Shown here: positions 35,681 to 46,173 of the stretch, one piece after another | Numbering within the stretch: the first letter of the stretch is position 1 | How the letters are laid out: every line of letters starts with the position of its first letter | DNA from: a virus | Taxonomy: Duplodnaviria > Caudoviricetes | Virus record (IMG/VR): IMGVR_UViG_3300048598_000496 | Location: 1-46,713 of that record | Strand: one strand, 5' to 3' | Length of the DNA stretch: 46,713 nucleotides | Notes under the pieces: generated by a model | Database searches by the model: none | Seen by the model: only the letters and a program-made list of their open reading frames with translations | Told to the model about the DNA's origin: nothing | Position numbers and translations under genes: made by a program

Positions 35681-38659
35681 TCAGACCTCCTTGGCCTCTG
35701 TCACGACCGCAAAGGAGACGCCAAGCGCATCGAAATGGCGCTGGCCACAACGAACCTTGTCAGCCTCCGAGGTGCGGAGCTTGAGAAAATCCTTCGTACC
35801 TTTGGTCTCTCGCACCAAATAGACCGTCTCGTCCCCATGCTTCACTATGGCCCAGTCCGGGTTATAGGTCCCAACCGGGGTATCTACCTTGAACCATTCA
35901 GGCAGCTTCACGAAGAGGCGGACATCATCTCGCTCGTCGAGTTTCTGAGCAAACTCGCGCTCTACCTCCGAGTCATAGACAATGTGGTCGTAAATCGACT
36001 TTTTCACCTCCAAGGCGGTAAGCGCATTTACTAGCTCTTCGTTCTTGAAGAGCACCATTTCCCATTCTGCTTCGGTACCGGAGCCTTGAATGCGCTCGTA
36101 CTTAATCCCGTCAACGAGCAGCCGATGCAGCTCATATTTTAGAATCGAAGCTACCTTGTCCATAAACCGCTGCGGGTTCGCCAAAAACTCGCCCAGCCGC
36201 CCAGACTCGCGCAGAACGCGGACGAGGGTCGAGCGGGTAAGCTCGGTTTCGTTCTGCAAATAGGACAGAACGTCAGGGATGGCCAAGTTCGGCTGATCGA
36301 CGGTTTCCTCCGCCGCACTGACGGCTGAGGAAGCCACTCCACCCTTTTTTACCTCGATACGCCCCGCGATCACGCGCACCTTCGGGCTTTCGATTTTTTC
36401 CATACTCTTGATCGCTGCGACCGCGCGCGTAACAAGAGTGTCGGTTTCAAATTCAACGCGATAAGTGGTTTTCGGCTTGATCCGCTCCCACAGCGCTTCG
36501 AACTCGGGGCTAACCACCACTTCCTTCTTGAGCCTGTTGGGCTTCTCGTCCTTATCCTGACGGATATGCCTCTCGATTTGATGCGAGGCCAAAAGATCAA
36601 CCACGGCGGGCACAAGATCAGCGTATTCCTCCGGCAGGACGAGCTTGAAGTCCTTGGCTCGCGGCGTAAATGCTGGTCCAAGGCGTCCATCTGGCTCCAA
36701 CATCTTCTGATTCACGAGCGCATCACGGACTTTTTCGGCAGTCTCGCGGCCTATGGGCTCTTCTTCGCCGTCTACCGCTCTCACGATTTTTGCAATAGCG
36801 GTGAGCGGCACCTTCCCAAATGTCACGCCGCAATCTTCTTCGTATTCGGTTTGGAGCGCGCGGGCAAAATCCTCATAGGATTCATTTGCCATCACATAGA
36901 GCTTGTTGATTGAATCGTCGAAAACCCGCTTGCCATCCTGGTCCACAGGAAGCCGCAAGCCACGACCAATCTCCTGCCGCTTCTTAACGGCGCTTTTGGT
37001 TTCATTCAGAGTGCAAATCTGGAAGACGTTCGGATTATCCCAGCCTTCACGCAAAGCGGAATGGCTGAAAATGAACCGAAGCGGTTCATCAAGCGAGAGC
37101 AGTTGCTCCTTGTTTTTCATGATGAGGTTATAGACATCATCATCTGCTTGAGTGTCACCCTTGGTGTCTTTCAGAACACCCTTTTTGTCCTGCGCAAAGT
37201 AGCCATCGTGCAATTGCGCCATTGGCAGCTTTAGCCAATCCAACACTTGGTAGCGGGGTTCCTTCGCCGCTGCCGCAAGCTCTGCCTCGAACCACTGCGC
37301 AAATTTGCCTTTCTCTGGCTTTCCCGCGCTATCGTAGTCGCGATAGCTGGCAACGCGATCAATGAAGAAGAGGCTCAAAACTTTGATCCCGCGATTGCGG
37401 AGCTGCAATTCCTTTTCCAAATGCTTCTTGATGGTATGGCGTATCTGAATGCGCCAAACATCATCCCGCAATCCGCCCACTTCGTCACCGATACGCATCG
37501 TCAAGCCGTTTGAAAACCGAATATATTCCGAATCCGGTTCGGCATTGATCTCGGTGATCTCGTAGCCTTGCGCATAAGAAGCGCGCTCATTTGACCGCGC
37601 AAACAGGTCATCACCGTTCTTGACGTTGACGGACTTCTCCTTCGGTCCATCCGGCGTCTGAACGTGGAGCTTGAGCTTGGCTTTAATTGTCGGCTTGTAG
37701 GTTATCGCCTCAACCCGGACGAAGGGTTGGTTCACACCACCTTCGCTTGCGGCGCTGGCCACGACAATCTGTTTGACCAAACGAAGCTCAAAAGCCCTAA
37801 CCGGGTCCAGCCGATAAACAAGGTTGTACGGATTGCGATGGGTCGCCGAATATCGCAGGGTGCAGAGCGGATTGAGCGCCTTAATGGCTTCCTGCGCCTT
37901 GTCGGTGCTGTCCACCGACTGCGGCTCGTCGATAATGACGATAGGACGTGCGGCTTGGACGAATTCGATAGGTTGGCGGCCTGAGAGCTTATCGCTCTCC
38001 TTATAAATGACGTTACTCTTCTGCTCGGCCTTCGTACCGGTGAAGTTCTTACGGAAGGCGTCGATATTGATGATCTGAATTTGCAGCGTGTTGCCGATGG
38101 CGAACTGCCGTAATCTGTTTACTTTCTTTGCATCATAGACGAAATGCTCGAACGGCATGTTGTCGTATAACGCCTTGAAATGCTCGCCGGTGATCTCAAT
38201 ATTTTTCAATACGCCTTCGCGAATGGCGACGCTCGGCACAACGATGATGAACTTCTTAAACCCATAGCGCCGTGAAAGCTCGAATATGGTCCGCAGGTAG
38301 ACATAGGTTTTGCCTGTTCCTGTTTCCATCTCGATTGAAAAGTGTGGGCAGACGCGGGCCGCATCGGCCGCGCTATCGAATAGGTCCCACCCCTCAAGAG
38401 GCGTGGCTTCGTCGCCAACCTCAAAGTCATTGCGCGCCTGAACCGCGCGGGTGTTGGCGCGAAGCTTGTCGTCATCAAGCAGAAGCCGGTTGCCGACCCC
38501 AAGCTCGGTCCGCTCCTGACCGGCAAAGAGCGCCGCGCTCTCCACCGATTTTATGACGGAGAACTCCGGTGCATCCTGCGGCTGGCCATCAAACAGGTCC
38601 ACGACTGCCTTAATGGCGTCGAGCTGGAAGGTTTGGTTGGCGTCGAATTGAATTTTCAT
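35681..38659 (-). CDS. res: type III restriction endonuclease Res
   Basis: IEMETGTGKTY, IIDEPQ, RYSATH, SHSALREGWDNPNVFQIC, QEIGRGLR, YNPDW..ETKG. Confidence 0.96.
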   Translation of the reverse strand: MKIQFDANQTFQLDAIKAVVDLFDGQPQDAPEFSVIKSVESAALFAGQERTELGVGNRLLLDDDKLRANTRAVQARNDFEVGDEATPLEGWDLFDSAADAARVCPHFSIEMETGTGKTYVYLRTIFELSRRYGFKKFIIVVPSVAIREGVLKNIEITGEHFKALYDNMPFEHFVYDAKKVNRLRQFAIGNTLQIQIINIDAFRKNFTGTKAEQKSNVIYKESDKLSGRQPIEFVQAARPIVIIDEPQSVDSTDKAQEAIKALNPLCTLRYSATHRNPYNLVYRLDPVRAFELRLVKQIVVASAASEGGVNQPFVRVEAITYKPTIKAKLKLHVQTPDGPKEKSVNVKNGDDLFARSNERASYAQGYEITEINAEPDSEYIRFSNGLTMRIGDEVGGLRDDVWRIQIRHTIKKHLEKELQLRNRGIKVLSLFFIDRVASYRDYDSAGKPEKGKFAQWFEAELAAAAKEPRYQVLDWLKLPMAQLHDGYFAQDKKGVLKDTKGDTQADDDVYNLIMKNKEQLLSLDEPLRFIFSHSALREGWDNPNVFQICTLNETKSAVKKRQEIGRGLRLPVDQDGKRVFDDSINKLYVMANESYEDFARALQTEYEEDCGVTFGKVPLTAIAKIVRAVDGEEEPIGRETAEKVRDALVNQKMLEPDGRLGPAFTPRAKDFKLVLPEEYADLVPAVVDLLASHQIERHIRQDKDEKPNRLKKEVVVSPEFEALWERIKPKTTYRVEFETDTLVTRAVAAIKSMEKIESPKVRVIAGRIEVKKGGVASSAVSAAEETVDQPNLAIPDVLSYLQNETELTRSTLVRVLRESGRLGEFLANPQRFMDKVASILKYELHRLLVDGIKYERIQGSGTEAEWEMVLFKNEELVNALTALEVKKSIYDHIVYDSEVEREFAQKLDERDDVRLFVKLPEWFKVDTPVGTYNPDWAIVKHGDETVYLVRETKGTKDFLKLRTSEADKVRCGQRHFDALGVSFAVVTEAKEV

Positions 38660-38665
38660 AGCACG

Positions 38666-40540
38666 TTACACCGTCCGGAAGACGACGCCCTTTGTCTTGA
38701 ACGTCTGAACGGCATTGGCTTTAAGCTGATCGTTACCCGCGAAACCTTCGTCGAGACATACCACGCGCTCCGGCTTCTTGTCGGCCATAGCGCGAATAAC
38801 CTCCAACGTCAGCTCGCGCTCAAGGCAAACGAAGAGGGCTCCGCCTGAAATCGAAAACACTTCTTTCCCTTCCAGAGGAAGCGCTTCGACTTTTGCCGTC
38901 AATGGGAAGCCGCTTTTCAGAAGGATTTCGTAGAGAATGTCGGACGATGTGCGCTGTTCTTTTGTGTGTTCGATATGAAGGGCGAGTTGCTCGCCTAGTA
39001 TCCCCGCATCCTTTGGTGCGTCGGCATCCCAGGCCTTGAAGTTGGAATCCGCCAGCTTGAAAACGCGAAAACCACGGTCTTGTTTCGTGGCATCCTCCAA
39101 GTCGAGCTTATCTTCGCTTTCCTTATCCAATTTACCTATCAAACGCCGAATGCGCTCTTTAGTGATATCTGAGATAGTCAGATAATCAGACCGCCCAGTT
39201 ATTTCTGGTAACTGGACTAATACAAAATTGAGCTTACGATCATGTTGAGCGCAAAGAACTGCATGCCCTGTTGAGCCGCTACCAGCAAAGAAATCTAGTA
39301 CGATTGCCGCCTCGTCTTGAGGAACTGCGGTTTGAATCATTCTCTGAATCAATTTTGTCGGTTTCGGCGTGTCAAAAACCTTATCTTCGAATAGGTCCTT
39401 AATCTCCTGATTGGCAATGTCTGTATGTCCCGCGAACTCATGGTCCCAAAAATTAATTGGGGTCATTCCCTGCCGGACTTCGCTAAGGAACCGCTTCACA
39501 TTTGGAATGTCACTATTCCCCTCTTTTCCCCACCAGACGCGATTTTCAGATACCAACTTGTTCCAGACACTTTCTTCGGAGCGCCACGCTTTTTTTGTGG
39601 GTAGAATTTCACGTCCCGATGGATGTCGGATGGGGTAAACAAGATTTCTTCGTTCTTCTGGTGAGAGCGGGTTTAGAAATGGAATGGCCTTCCACGGTCC
39701 CCGTGGATCATTGTCTGGGTTTGAGTAGCGAGAATTTGCCTCATCATCTCGTTCCATCAAGCAGGGTTTGAATGCCTCTGATTTTCTGAAAACGATGACG
39801 TGATCTATAACCGAAGTGAAGTCGTCAGTGTTGTTGCTGCGAGTGTATCTTTTTTGCCATTCAATTTGAGCTACGAAGTTTTCTTCACCAAAAATCTCGT
39901 AGCAAGCCTTCCTTAGATTATCGACTTCCTTGTCGTCGATAGTAATAAATATGGCTCCATCATCTTTGAGCAAATTCCGCGCAAGATAGAGGCGTGGGTA
40001 CATCATATTAAGCCACTTAGAGTGAAAGCGTCCGTCGGTGTCGGTGTTAGTGCCGAACTTGCGCCCTTCGCTATCAATCTGACCGGTGTATTCCAGGTAC
40101 GTTTGGAGGCTTTCGGAATAATTATCGGGGTAGATAAAATCGTTTCCTGTGTTATAGGGCGGATCAATGTAAATCAGCTTGATCTTGCCAAGATACGACT
40201 TCTGAAGCAGCTTCAACACCTCAAGATTATCGCCTTCAATAATCAGGTTTTCGGTCGCGTCAAAATTGACGCTTTCATCTGGTGCAGGGCGCAAGGTCGC
40301 AAGGCTTGGCGACTGAATCGTCTTGAAGCATTCCGCTTTTCCAGGCCATACAAGGCCATAGCGCTCTTTGCTTGTATCGACGGTTGCCCCTAGAACTCTT
40401 TTGAGTTCATCGAAGTCGATCTTACCTCCCTCGGTGCGCACCTCTGGAAACAACCGCAATAGTTCCAATCTCTTGCCAAGCGCTATATCGAGCGACGACA
40501 AATCGAGAGGTTCCGGAATGTTCTTTGTCGAGTCTGCCAT
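38666..40540 (-). CDS. mod: type III DNA adenine methyltransferase Mod
   Basis: EGDNL, IYIDPPYNTG, FDTPKP, LDFFAGSG; GGAGG RBS. Confidence 0.96.
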   Translation of the reverse strand: MADSTKNIPEPLDLSSLDIALGKRLELLRLFPEVRTEGGKIDFDELKRVLGATVDTSKERYGLVWPGKAECFKTIQSPSLATLRPAPDESVNFDATENLIIEGDNLEVLKLLQKSYLGKIKLIYIDPPYNTGNDFIYPDNYSESLQTYLEYTGQIDSEGRKFGTNTDTDGRFHSKWLNMMYPRLYLARNLLKDDGAIFITIDDKEVDNLRKACYEIFGEENFVAQIEWQKRYTRSNNTDDFTSVIDHVIVFRKSEAFKPCLMERDDEANSRYSNPDNDPRGPWKAIPFLNPLSPEERRNLVYPIRHPSGREILPTKKAWRSEESVWNKLVSENRVWWGKEGNSDIPNVKRFLSEVRQGMTPINFWDHEFAGHTDIANQEIKDLFEDKVFDTPKPTKLIQRMIQTAVPQDEAAIVLDFFAGSGSTGHAVLCAQHDRKLNFVLVQLPEITGRSDYLTISDITKERIRRLIGKLDKESEDKLDLEDATKQDRGFRVFKLADSNFKAWDADAPKDAGILGEQLALHIEHTKEQRTSSDILYEILLKSGFPLTAKVEALPLEGKEVFSISGGALFVCLERELTLEVIRAMADKKPERVVCLDEGFAGNDQLKANAVQTFKTKGVVFRTV

Positions 40541-40595
40541 TGTATACCCCTCCAAATTATCTGGTCATCACATGAGACGCTTTAGCGTTTAGCAT

Positions 40596-41660
40596 CTAGT
40601 ACCACCCATAAAGCCGAGTCGGTGTCCGGCCCCATGTTCCCAGTCCTAAAGACCGCGCAACTACTTCAAATAGTTTTGGCCCAGGCCGAACAACACGAAA
40701 CTTAATCACCCCATCTTCATCATCTACTTCGACAACAGCGATGCCATTTTTGTGCTTCCGAGCCCAATCTACATTGGGCGTCGAATTTGGCACGTTCAAA
40801 CGGAACATCCCATTGTGTTGGTAGTATTTAAAAACGAATTGACGGGCTATCCCATCTTCGCAAAGAAGAGATGCTGCATGTCCTCCCGTTGCTAGCCCAA
40901 GCAAACGCGACAACACAGTTCCCGCATCTTTGGGAAATTCTACTTGGAGGTCGTAGTCGCCCGTGAACGATTGCAGCCCAGCCCAGGAAGTTGTTGCAAC
41001 GGTATTGGAAAGTGCTTTTTGTTCATTTGGCGGAGGAGATACGTTTTTTGGCGGACTTCCATCCTCCAATGAAATTTCTCCATCAGCGACCCCAAGGGTT
41101 ATCAAATCAACTGGTCGTCTGTTTCGATTGCGAGCTGCAAAATAGTGTTCATAATCTGACAGCTTAGAAGCTGTTAGGGGGCAGCCAGCTTCCCAGCAAT
41201 CTCGCCAAGCCTTTCCCGCTGATTTTGCGAGATTTGTTCCAATATGAAGATAAGAGCACTCCCCGTTGCGACTTAGCGCTGCCGCCGACAAGTTTGCGGA
41301 GCCGGTCAGAATCAGCGATGTGTCTAGAATACCGGCCTCGTCGGTGAACGCTGCCCCTCCGACATAGAGCTTCGGATGAAATGTCCCGGGCAGATTATCC
41401 ACAACCCGGACATGCCATCCTTTGGCTAATGCAGATCCCAGTGCTGCCGGATGGGTGACACCATCTTTAGTATCCGCAACAAGCTTAAACTGCTTGATCC
41501 CAAATTTATTGACTAGACTATCAATATATTTGAAACCAGGCACAGAAACGTAGGCTACAGCTACTCCCAGAACTGTTGGTTTTGCCTGCCGTAAACTCCG
41601 AAAAAGGATACTTTTGAAGGTAGCCTCAGTGAGACCGGTGGTCAGAATTTTTGAAGGCAT
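40596..41660 (-). CDS. PLD-family (HxK) nuclease-like protein
   Basis: VAVAYVS, FHPKLY, LTGSANLS..N.E; unrecognised C-terminal domain. Confidence 0.8.
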   Translation of the reverse strand: MPSKILTTGLTEATFKSILFRSLRQAKPTVLGVAVAYVSVPGFKYIDSLVNKFGIKQFKLVADTKDGVTHPAALGSALAKGWHVRVVDNLPGTFHPKLYVGGAAFTDEAGILDTSLILTGSANLSAAALSRNGECSYLHIGTNLAKSAGKAWRDCWEAGCPLTASKLSDYEHYFAARNRNRRPVDLITLGVADGEISLEDGSPPKNVSPPPNEQKALSNTVATTSWAGLQSFTGDYDLQVEFPKDAGTVLSRLLGLATGGHAASLLCEDGIARQFVFKYYQHNGMFRLNVPNSTPNVDWARKHKNGIAVVEVDDEDGVIKFRVVRPGPKLFEVVARSLGLGTWGRTPTRLYGWY

Positions 41661-41678
41661 CGGCTCACCTCGCAATCC

Positions 41679-44561
41679 CTATACAATTCGCCAGCGGATC
41701 GTAAACAGCTCTTCTTCTTCGATGTGCTGTTCCAGCCGCTTAGCAATGCCGTCAAGAAGCGTATCTTTTTGCCTGTCTAGCTCGCGGCTCGCTTGGTCGA
41801 ACTCTCGCCAAGCTTCGTCCCGGCGGGTTTCGAGTTTACGCACTTCGCGCTGCCGCTCCAGCTTTTGCGGAAGCGAAGGCGCGGTGCGCGCCGCCTTTCG
41901 CGCCTGTTTCAGGGCATCATCAAGTTCGTCGAGCGCCGCCTTCAATGTTGCGCGCCGGTCCTCGGCCCACCGGTCCAGCTTGTCCATCTCTATATCGAAC
42001 CACCGGCCATCCCGCGTACTCATCTCCTCCAGAGTGCTTTGGCGGTATTCCGTGGCGTATTTGTCCAAGGTTGCACGCACGGTGCTGGGCAAATCAATCG
42101 CACCCCCTTCTGCCGCAAGAAGGTCGAACATGCGCTTACACTGCGCATCGTCCAATGCAGTCCCATCATCGGTAATAGCGGAGAAAAGCAAGTGGTCTTC
42201 TGTTTCTAGCGCCACCACAGATAGGCGCGAAACACGAAGCCACCCTTTTTTGCCGAGATATGGGCTTAGGATAGCGATATTCTTTCCGCTTCCTGACAGG
42301 TCAAAGCTCACTTCTCGCGTCGGGGCATCAATCTTCTTTGCTTGGTCCAAAACACGCTGGGCCAATGGATGTCCCACGCGATAGGTATTCGCGTCCTCGA
42401 TGTTCTTGCCGATGCGGTATGGGCCTGCGTGAATAGGCTCACCAGAGAACGGATTGTCGTTCAGCATAAAACTATAAGAGGTGGTCTCGAATTTTGCGTG
42501 ATCCCTCAGGACATGCTTTGTCATTTGCCATAGATGATCGTTGAAGCGGTCGAGAATGTTCAAGCTCTGGACCTTTACTTTTTCCACGACCTCTTGGTCA
42601 AAGTTGTCCAGTAGCTTTTCCTTAGCAGCCTGTTGGCCTTCCGCTATCTCCGTTTCCAGCTCCTTTTGAAGCTGGTCGAATTCAAACTGAATTTGCTGCG
42701 GTGACCGGCATTGCTGATAGATAGCGGCGATCCGCTTTTCAAAATCGACACCGGACTCCACCGCGCCAAGAACGTCGTCGCTGGAGCCGAAGACACCATT
42801 GAACAGGCGGAATTTCTGGTCGAGCAATTGATAGACGCGTTGGTCAGCCGCATTCGTCTTATTAAGGAAGTTAACCACAACGACATCAAACTTTTGCCCG
42901 TAGCGGTGGCAACGGCCAATGCGCTGCTCAATCCGCTGGGGATTCCACGGCAGGTCGTAGTTCACGACCAGATTGCAGAATTGAAGATTGATACCTTCAG
43001 CCGCCGCTTCCGTGGCTATGAGGATCGAAGCGGTTTCTCGGAAATAATCGACTAGGGCCGCTCGCATATCTGCGCTTGGCGATCCGGTTATCTTGTCGGT
43101 GTTCGCGTGCTTATCCAGCCATTTGTGATAGATGACTTTCGACGCCGGATCGTTGTTGACGCCATTGAATATCATCACTTTGCCCTTGAACTCCGTCTGT
43201 TCAAGGATGTTGAGTAGGTATTCCTGTGTCCGCCGGGACTCGGTGAAGATGACGGCCTTCTGCTGAAAGCGTGAGGCCTGATCCTTTGAGGATTGAGCCT
43301 GCTCGGCGGCAGCAAAGCCGCGCCGCAAGGCTGTCAACAAAACCTCGCCCTTAGAATTTTTGATGATGGAGGCTGCGAGTTTGCGGAAGTCCTCAAGCTG
43401 CTGAAGTTCGGCCTTCAGCTCGTCGAGTTGCGTCGGGGTGAAGCCCTGGTTTTTTGGTTCCTCGGGGTCTTCCTCCCATTCGTCCGCCAATTCATCATAA
43501 TCCTCCAAATTGTCGGATAACTCTTCCGGAGGCGATGAAACAGCTTCAGCGGTCTTTGCAGCGTTTTCGAGTTTGCTCGCAAGTCCTGCGAGCGTTCCCG
43601 ATATAGCGTAGGTCGAGGAAGCCAAGAGCTTACGCAGTATGAGCGTCATCAATTGGCGTTGGCCCGCAGGAAGCGCGTAGAGATTAGGTTTTTGCAGGTA
43701 TTCGGTCACTAGATCATAGAGTTTTTGCTCGTCTGGCGACGGCACAAACTCCTGAACGAGTGCATGGCGATCTGTGTAGGGGACGTATTCTAGGACTTGG
43801 CGTCGAAGCGTTCTCTTGCAGATGGGCTTCAGACGTTCTTTCAGCTCCGTGAAATCGTCCTGATTTCCGAGCCGAGCAAATCGAGCCCGGAAGCTCTTGA
43901 GGTCGCCGAAGCTATAGTCATCGATGATGCTAACAAGCCCGTAAAGCTCAAGCAGGGAATTTTGCAGTGGCGTTGCGGTAAGAAGAACCTTGGGATAATC
44001 CGCGACGGCCTGCTTAATCGCTAAGGCAATTCGGCTGGATGTCTTGTAGACATTCCGCAGCCGGTGTGCCTCGTCGATAACAATTAGGTCCCATGAGACT
44101 TGCCGAAGGTATGGCTCTTTGCCTTTTGCAAACTGGTAGGAACAAAGAACAATGCTCTCTTGCACAAATGGATTCAGATTGCCCCGCCGGATTTCTTCAT
44201 TAAAGCTCTTGTTCTCCATGATAACGGACGGGAGATAGAACTTATCGAGAAGTTCCTGATTCCATTGCTTGCGAAGATTGGCTGGGACGATGATGAGCAA
44301 TTTGCGCCTACGCTCGGCCCATCGCTGGGCGAGCAAGAGCCCGGCTTCGATTGTCTTTCCTAGGCCCACCTCGTCGGCGAGAATTGCGCCTTTTGAAAAG
44401 GGGTTTCGGAAAGCAAATAGCGCGGCGTCGATTTGGTGAGGATTGAGATCGACCTGCGCATCAGACAGCACGCCTGCCAGCATTTCAACATTATCGGACG
44501 CGCTACGCTTCGTTAGCTCGTGCGCAAAGTACTTCGCATGATAGTCGGTGAGCTGCATCAC
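41679..44561 (-). CDS. SNF2-family helicase (RapA/DrmD-like)
   Basis: ILADEVGLGKT, DEAH, LTATP, EGINLQ, YDLPWNPQRIEQRIGR.HRYGQ. Confidence 0.95.
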   Translation of the reverse strand: MMQLTDYHAKYFAHELTKRSASDNVEMLAGVLSDAQVDLNPHQIDAALFAFRNPFSKGAILADEVGLGKTIEAGLLLAQRWAERRRKLLIIVPANLRKQWNQELLDKFYLPSVIMENKSFNEEIRRGNLNPFVQESIVLCSYQFAKGKEPYLRQVSWDLIVIDEAHRLRNVYKTSSRIALAIKQAVADYPKVLLTATPLQNSLLELYGLVSIIDDYSFGDLKSFRARFARLGNQDDFTELKERLKPICKRTLRRQVLEYVPYTDRHALVQEFVPSPDEQKLYDLVTEYLQKPNLYALPAGQRQLMTLILRKLLASSTYAISGTLAGLASKLENAAKTAEAVSSPPEELSDNLEDYDELADEWEEDPEEPKNQGFTPTQLDELKAELQQLEDFRKLAASIIKNSKGEVLLTALRRGFAAAEQAQSSKDQASRFQQKAVIFTESRRTQEYLLNILEQTEFKGKVMIFNGVNNDPASKVIYHKWLDKHANTDKITGSPSADMRAALVDYFRETASILIATEAAAEGINLQFCNLVVNYDLPWNPQRIEQRIGRCHRYGQKFDVVVVNFLNKTNAADQRVYQLLDQKFRLFNGVFGSSDDVLGAVESGVDFEKRIAAIYQQCRSPQQIQFEFDQLQKELETEIAEGQQAAKEKLLDNFDQEVVEKVKVQSLNILDRFNDHLWQMTKHVLRDHAKFETTSYSFMLNDNPFSGEPIHAGPYRIGKNIEDANTYRVGHPLAQRVLDQAKKIDAPTREVSFDLSGSGKNIAILSPYLGKKGWLRVSRLSVVALETEDHLLFSAITDDGTALDDAQCKRMFDLLAAEGGAIDLPSTVRATLDKYATEYRQSTLEEMSTRDGRWFDIEMDKLDRWAEDRRATLKAALDELDDALKQARKAARTAPSLPQKLERQREVRKLETRRDEAWREFDQASRELDRQKDTLLDGIAKRLEQHIEEEELFTIRWRIV

Positions 44562-46045
44562 GCATTTCCTCCCGGCAACCTAAGCCGAAGCCCTTGGTCT
44601 TCTGCCGTCTTGCTATCCATGAATGCGTTCGCAGCCTTCAATTCTGTCTCTGCCAGATTGAAATTCCGCCAATCCACCAAAGCTGTGAAGCGCTGGGCGA
44701 AGTCCAACATGCGGATCAGCGGCTCTGCGCTATTGCGGTTTGAGAGTGCTTTCAGGGCGCTGAGATAGTTCTCCCGATAGATTGTCGGGATGATAATTCT
44801 CTGCTCGCCCCTTGAGACAAGCTCTGCATTCATCATGACGCGGGAAATACGCCCATTGCCGTCCGAGAATGGATGCACTTCCGAGACGAGGAACATCATA
44901 AATACGGCGCGCTGAAATGGCGTGGCGAGTGAGGTGTAGACCTTGAAACCCTGCTCAAGGGTTCCTCGGACCATTTCCGGATCGACGAACATTGTCATAC
45001 CCGCGCGATTGGCTTCGGCTTTGTAGCTACCAGGATTTTTATCGGGGCGGGCCTGCATGATCTCGGCGTGGCGGCGCTTAAGAAGGCGCTCTAGGTCCGC
45101 AAAATTTGCCGGAGTCTTTGAAAGCTCTTCGAGATTGGTCACGAGCCTATAGGTGCCCAAAATATCATGGGCATCCTGTGGCCGGGCGTTGGGAATCTTG
45201 TTTTCAAAGACGATGGCTGCGGCTTCATCAACGGCAAATTCAGTGCCCTCGATGAAGTTTGAGAAATAGGCTTCAAAAAACGGCAAGGTGGTGCCGTCGC
45301 CCATTTGGGCGGGCCTTGTCTGTGGCGGTGTGCGGTGAAGCTCCGCCCGAAGCATCTCAAATAATTCCAAACGCCCCGGATCGTAAGGCATTCCCTTGCG
45401 GCGGGCACGAACGACCGGGGTTTGAACATGGTCGTCCTGAGTGCTCAACAGCGCCCCAATCAATTTGTTGAGGGCCGTGAATTCTTTCTCGCGCTCAAGG
45501 GTCGGAGCCAATCTTCTGGCTTCGTCGCGCAAACGGTTTAGCTCGTCTTCTCCGGATCGCCGCAAGAGCGTATCAAGATGCTGCTCTAGTTCTTTTCGGG
45601 AGAGAGTTCGCGTGACAGCTCCCCGGCTTCTGCTCGGAGCAAAGTTGTCCAGTAGCGTTCGCGCGGGCGACGCAAGACGCAATGCACCCATGAACGGTAG
45701 ATCGTTTGGCTGGGCGGGTGCGCCACGGCGAGGCCGAAGGGTAAACCCCGGAATGGCAACATCGCTTTGCCCCTCCGAAGAGATCAAAAATATAGAGCCG
45801 TCTTTTGCTGGAACACCCTCAAGAGCTGTGCGATCCGCGATGATTGCGTCCGGGAAATATCCCGCCACGATCTGCCAGAGGTTTCCACGGACGATTGCGT
45901 CTGGGAGGCTCTTCAAATCACGGCTGTAGAGGCGTGAGGCAAGCTTTCTGAGCTTCCCGGCGCGAACGGCCTTGGACGCAAGGTGCGTCGTCTCTGATGT
46001 AGAGACAAATGTCTCCGGGAGATCATCGAGTGATTTTTTGCTCAC
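44558..46045 (-). CDS. Fic-domain protein with N-terminal extension
   Basis: HPFSDGNGRISR catalytic motif; SNFIEG inhibitory motif. Confidence 0.92.
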   Translation of the reverse strand: MSKKSLDDLPETFVSTSETTHLASKAVRAGKLRKLASRLYSRDLKSLPDAIVRGNLWQIVAGYFPDAIIADRTALEGVPAKDGSIFLISSEGQSDVAIPGFTLRPRRGAPAQPNDLPFMGALRLASPARTLLDNFAPSRSRGAVTRTLSRKELEQHLDTLLRRSGEDELNRLRDEARRLAPTLEREKEFTALNKLIGALLSTQDDHVQTPVVRARRKGMPYDPGRLELFEMLRAELHRTPPQTRPAQMGDGTTLPFFEAYFSNFIEGTEFAVDEAAAIVFENKIPNARPQDAHDILGTYRLVTNLEELSKTPANFADLERLLKRRHAEIMQARPDKNPGSYKAEANRAGMTMFVDPEMVRGTLEQGFKVYTSLATPFQRAVFMMFLVSEVHPFSDGNGRISRVMMNAELVSRGEQRIIIPTIYRENYLSALKALSNRNSAEPLIRMLDFAQRFTALVDWRNFNLAETELKAANAFMDSKTAEDQGLRLRLPGGNA

Positions 46046-46173
46046 TAAGCCCCGCCTAAATGCCTAATTGGTCACTTTTCTCGCCTTAAGGCCTAACACA
46101 AGGTCATTTTTTTGACCATAAGAATAATGACTATATTCTTAGAGCCTCTTATTATTGCCGCTGCGAGATCGTT

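Noticed and set aside
35681-44561. Canonical DISARM or BREX
   Set aside because: No DrmA, DUF1998 DrmB, PglZ or BrxC; Res and Mod are clearly type III
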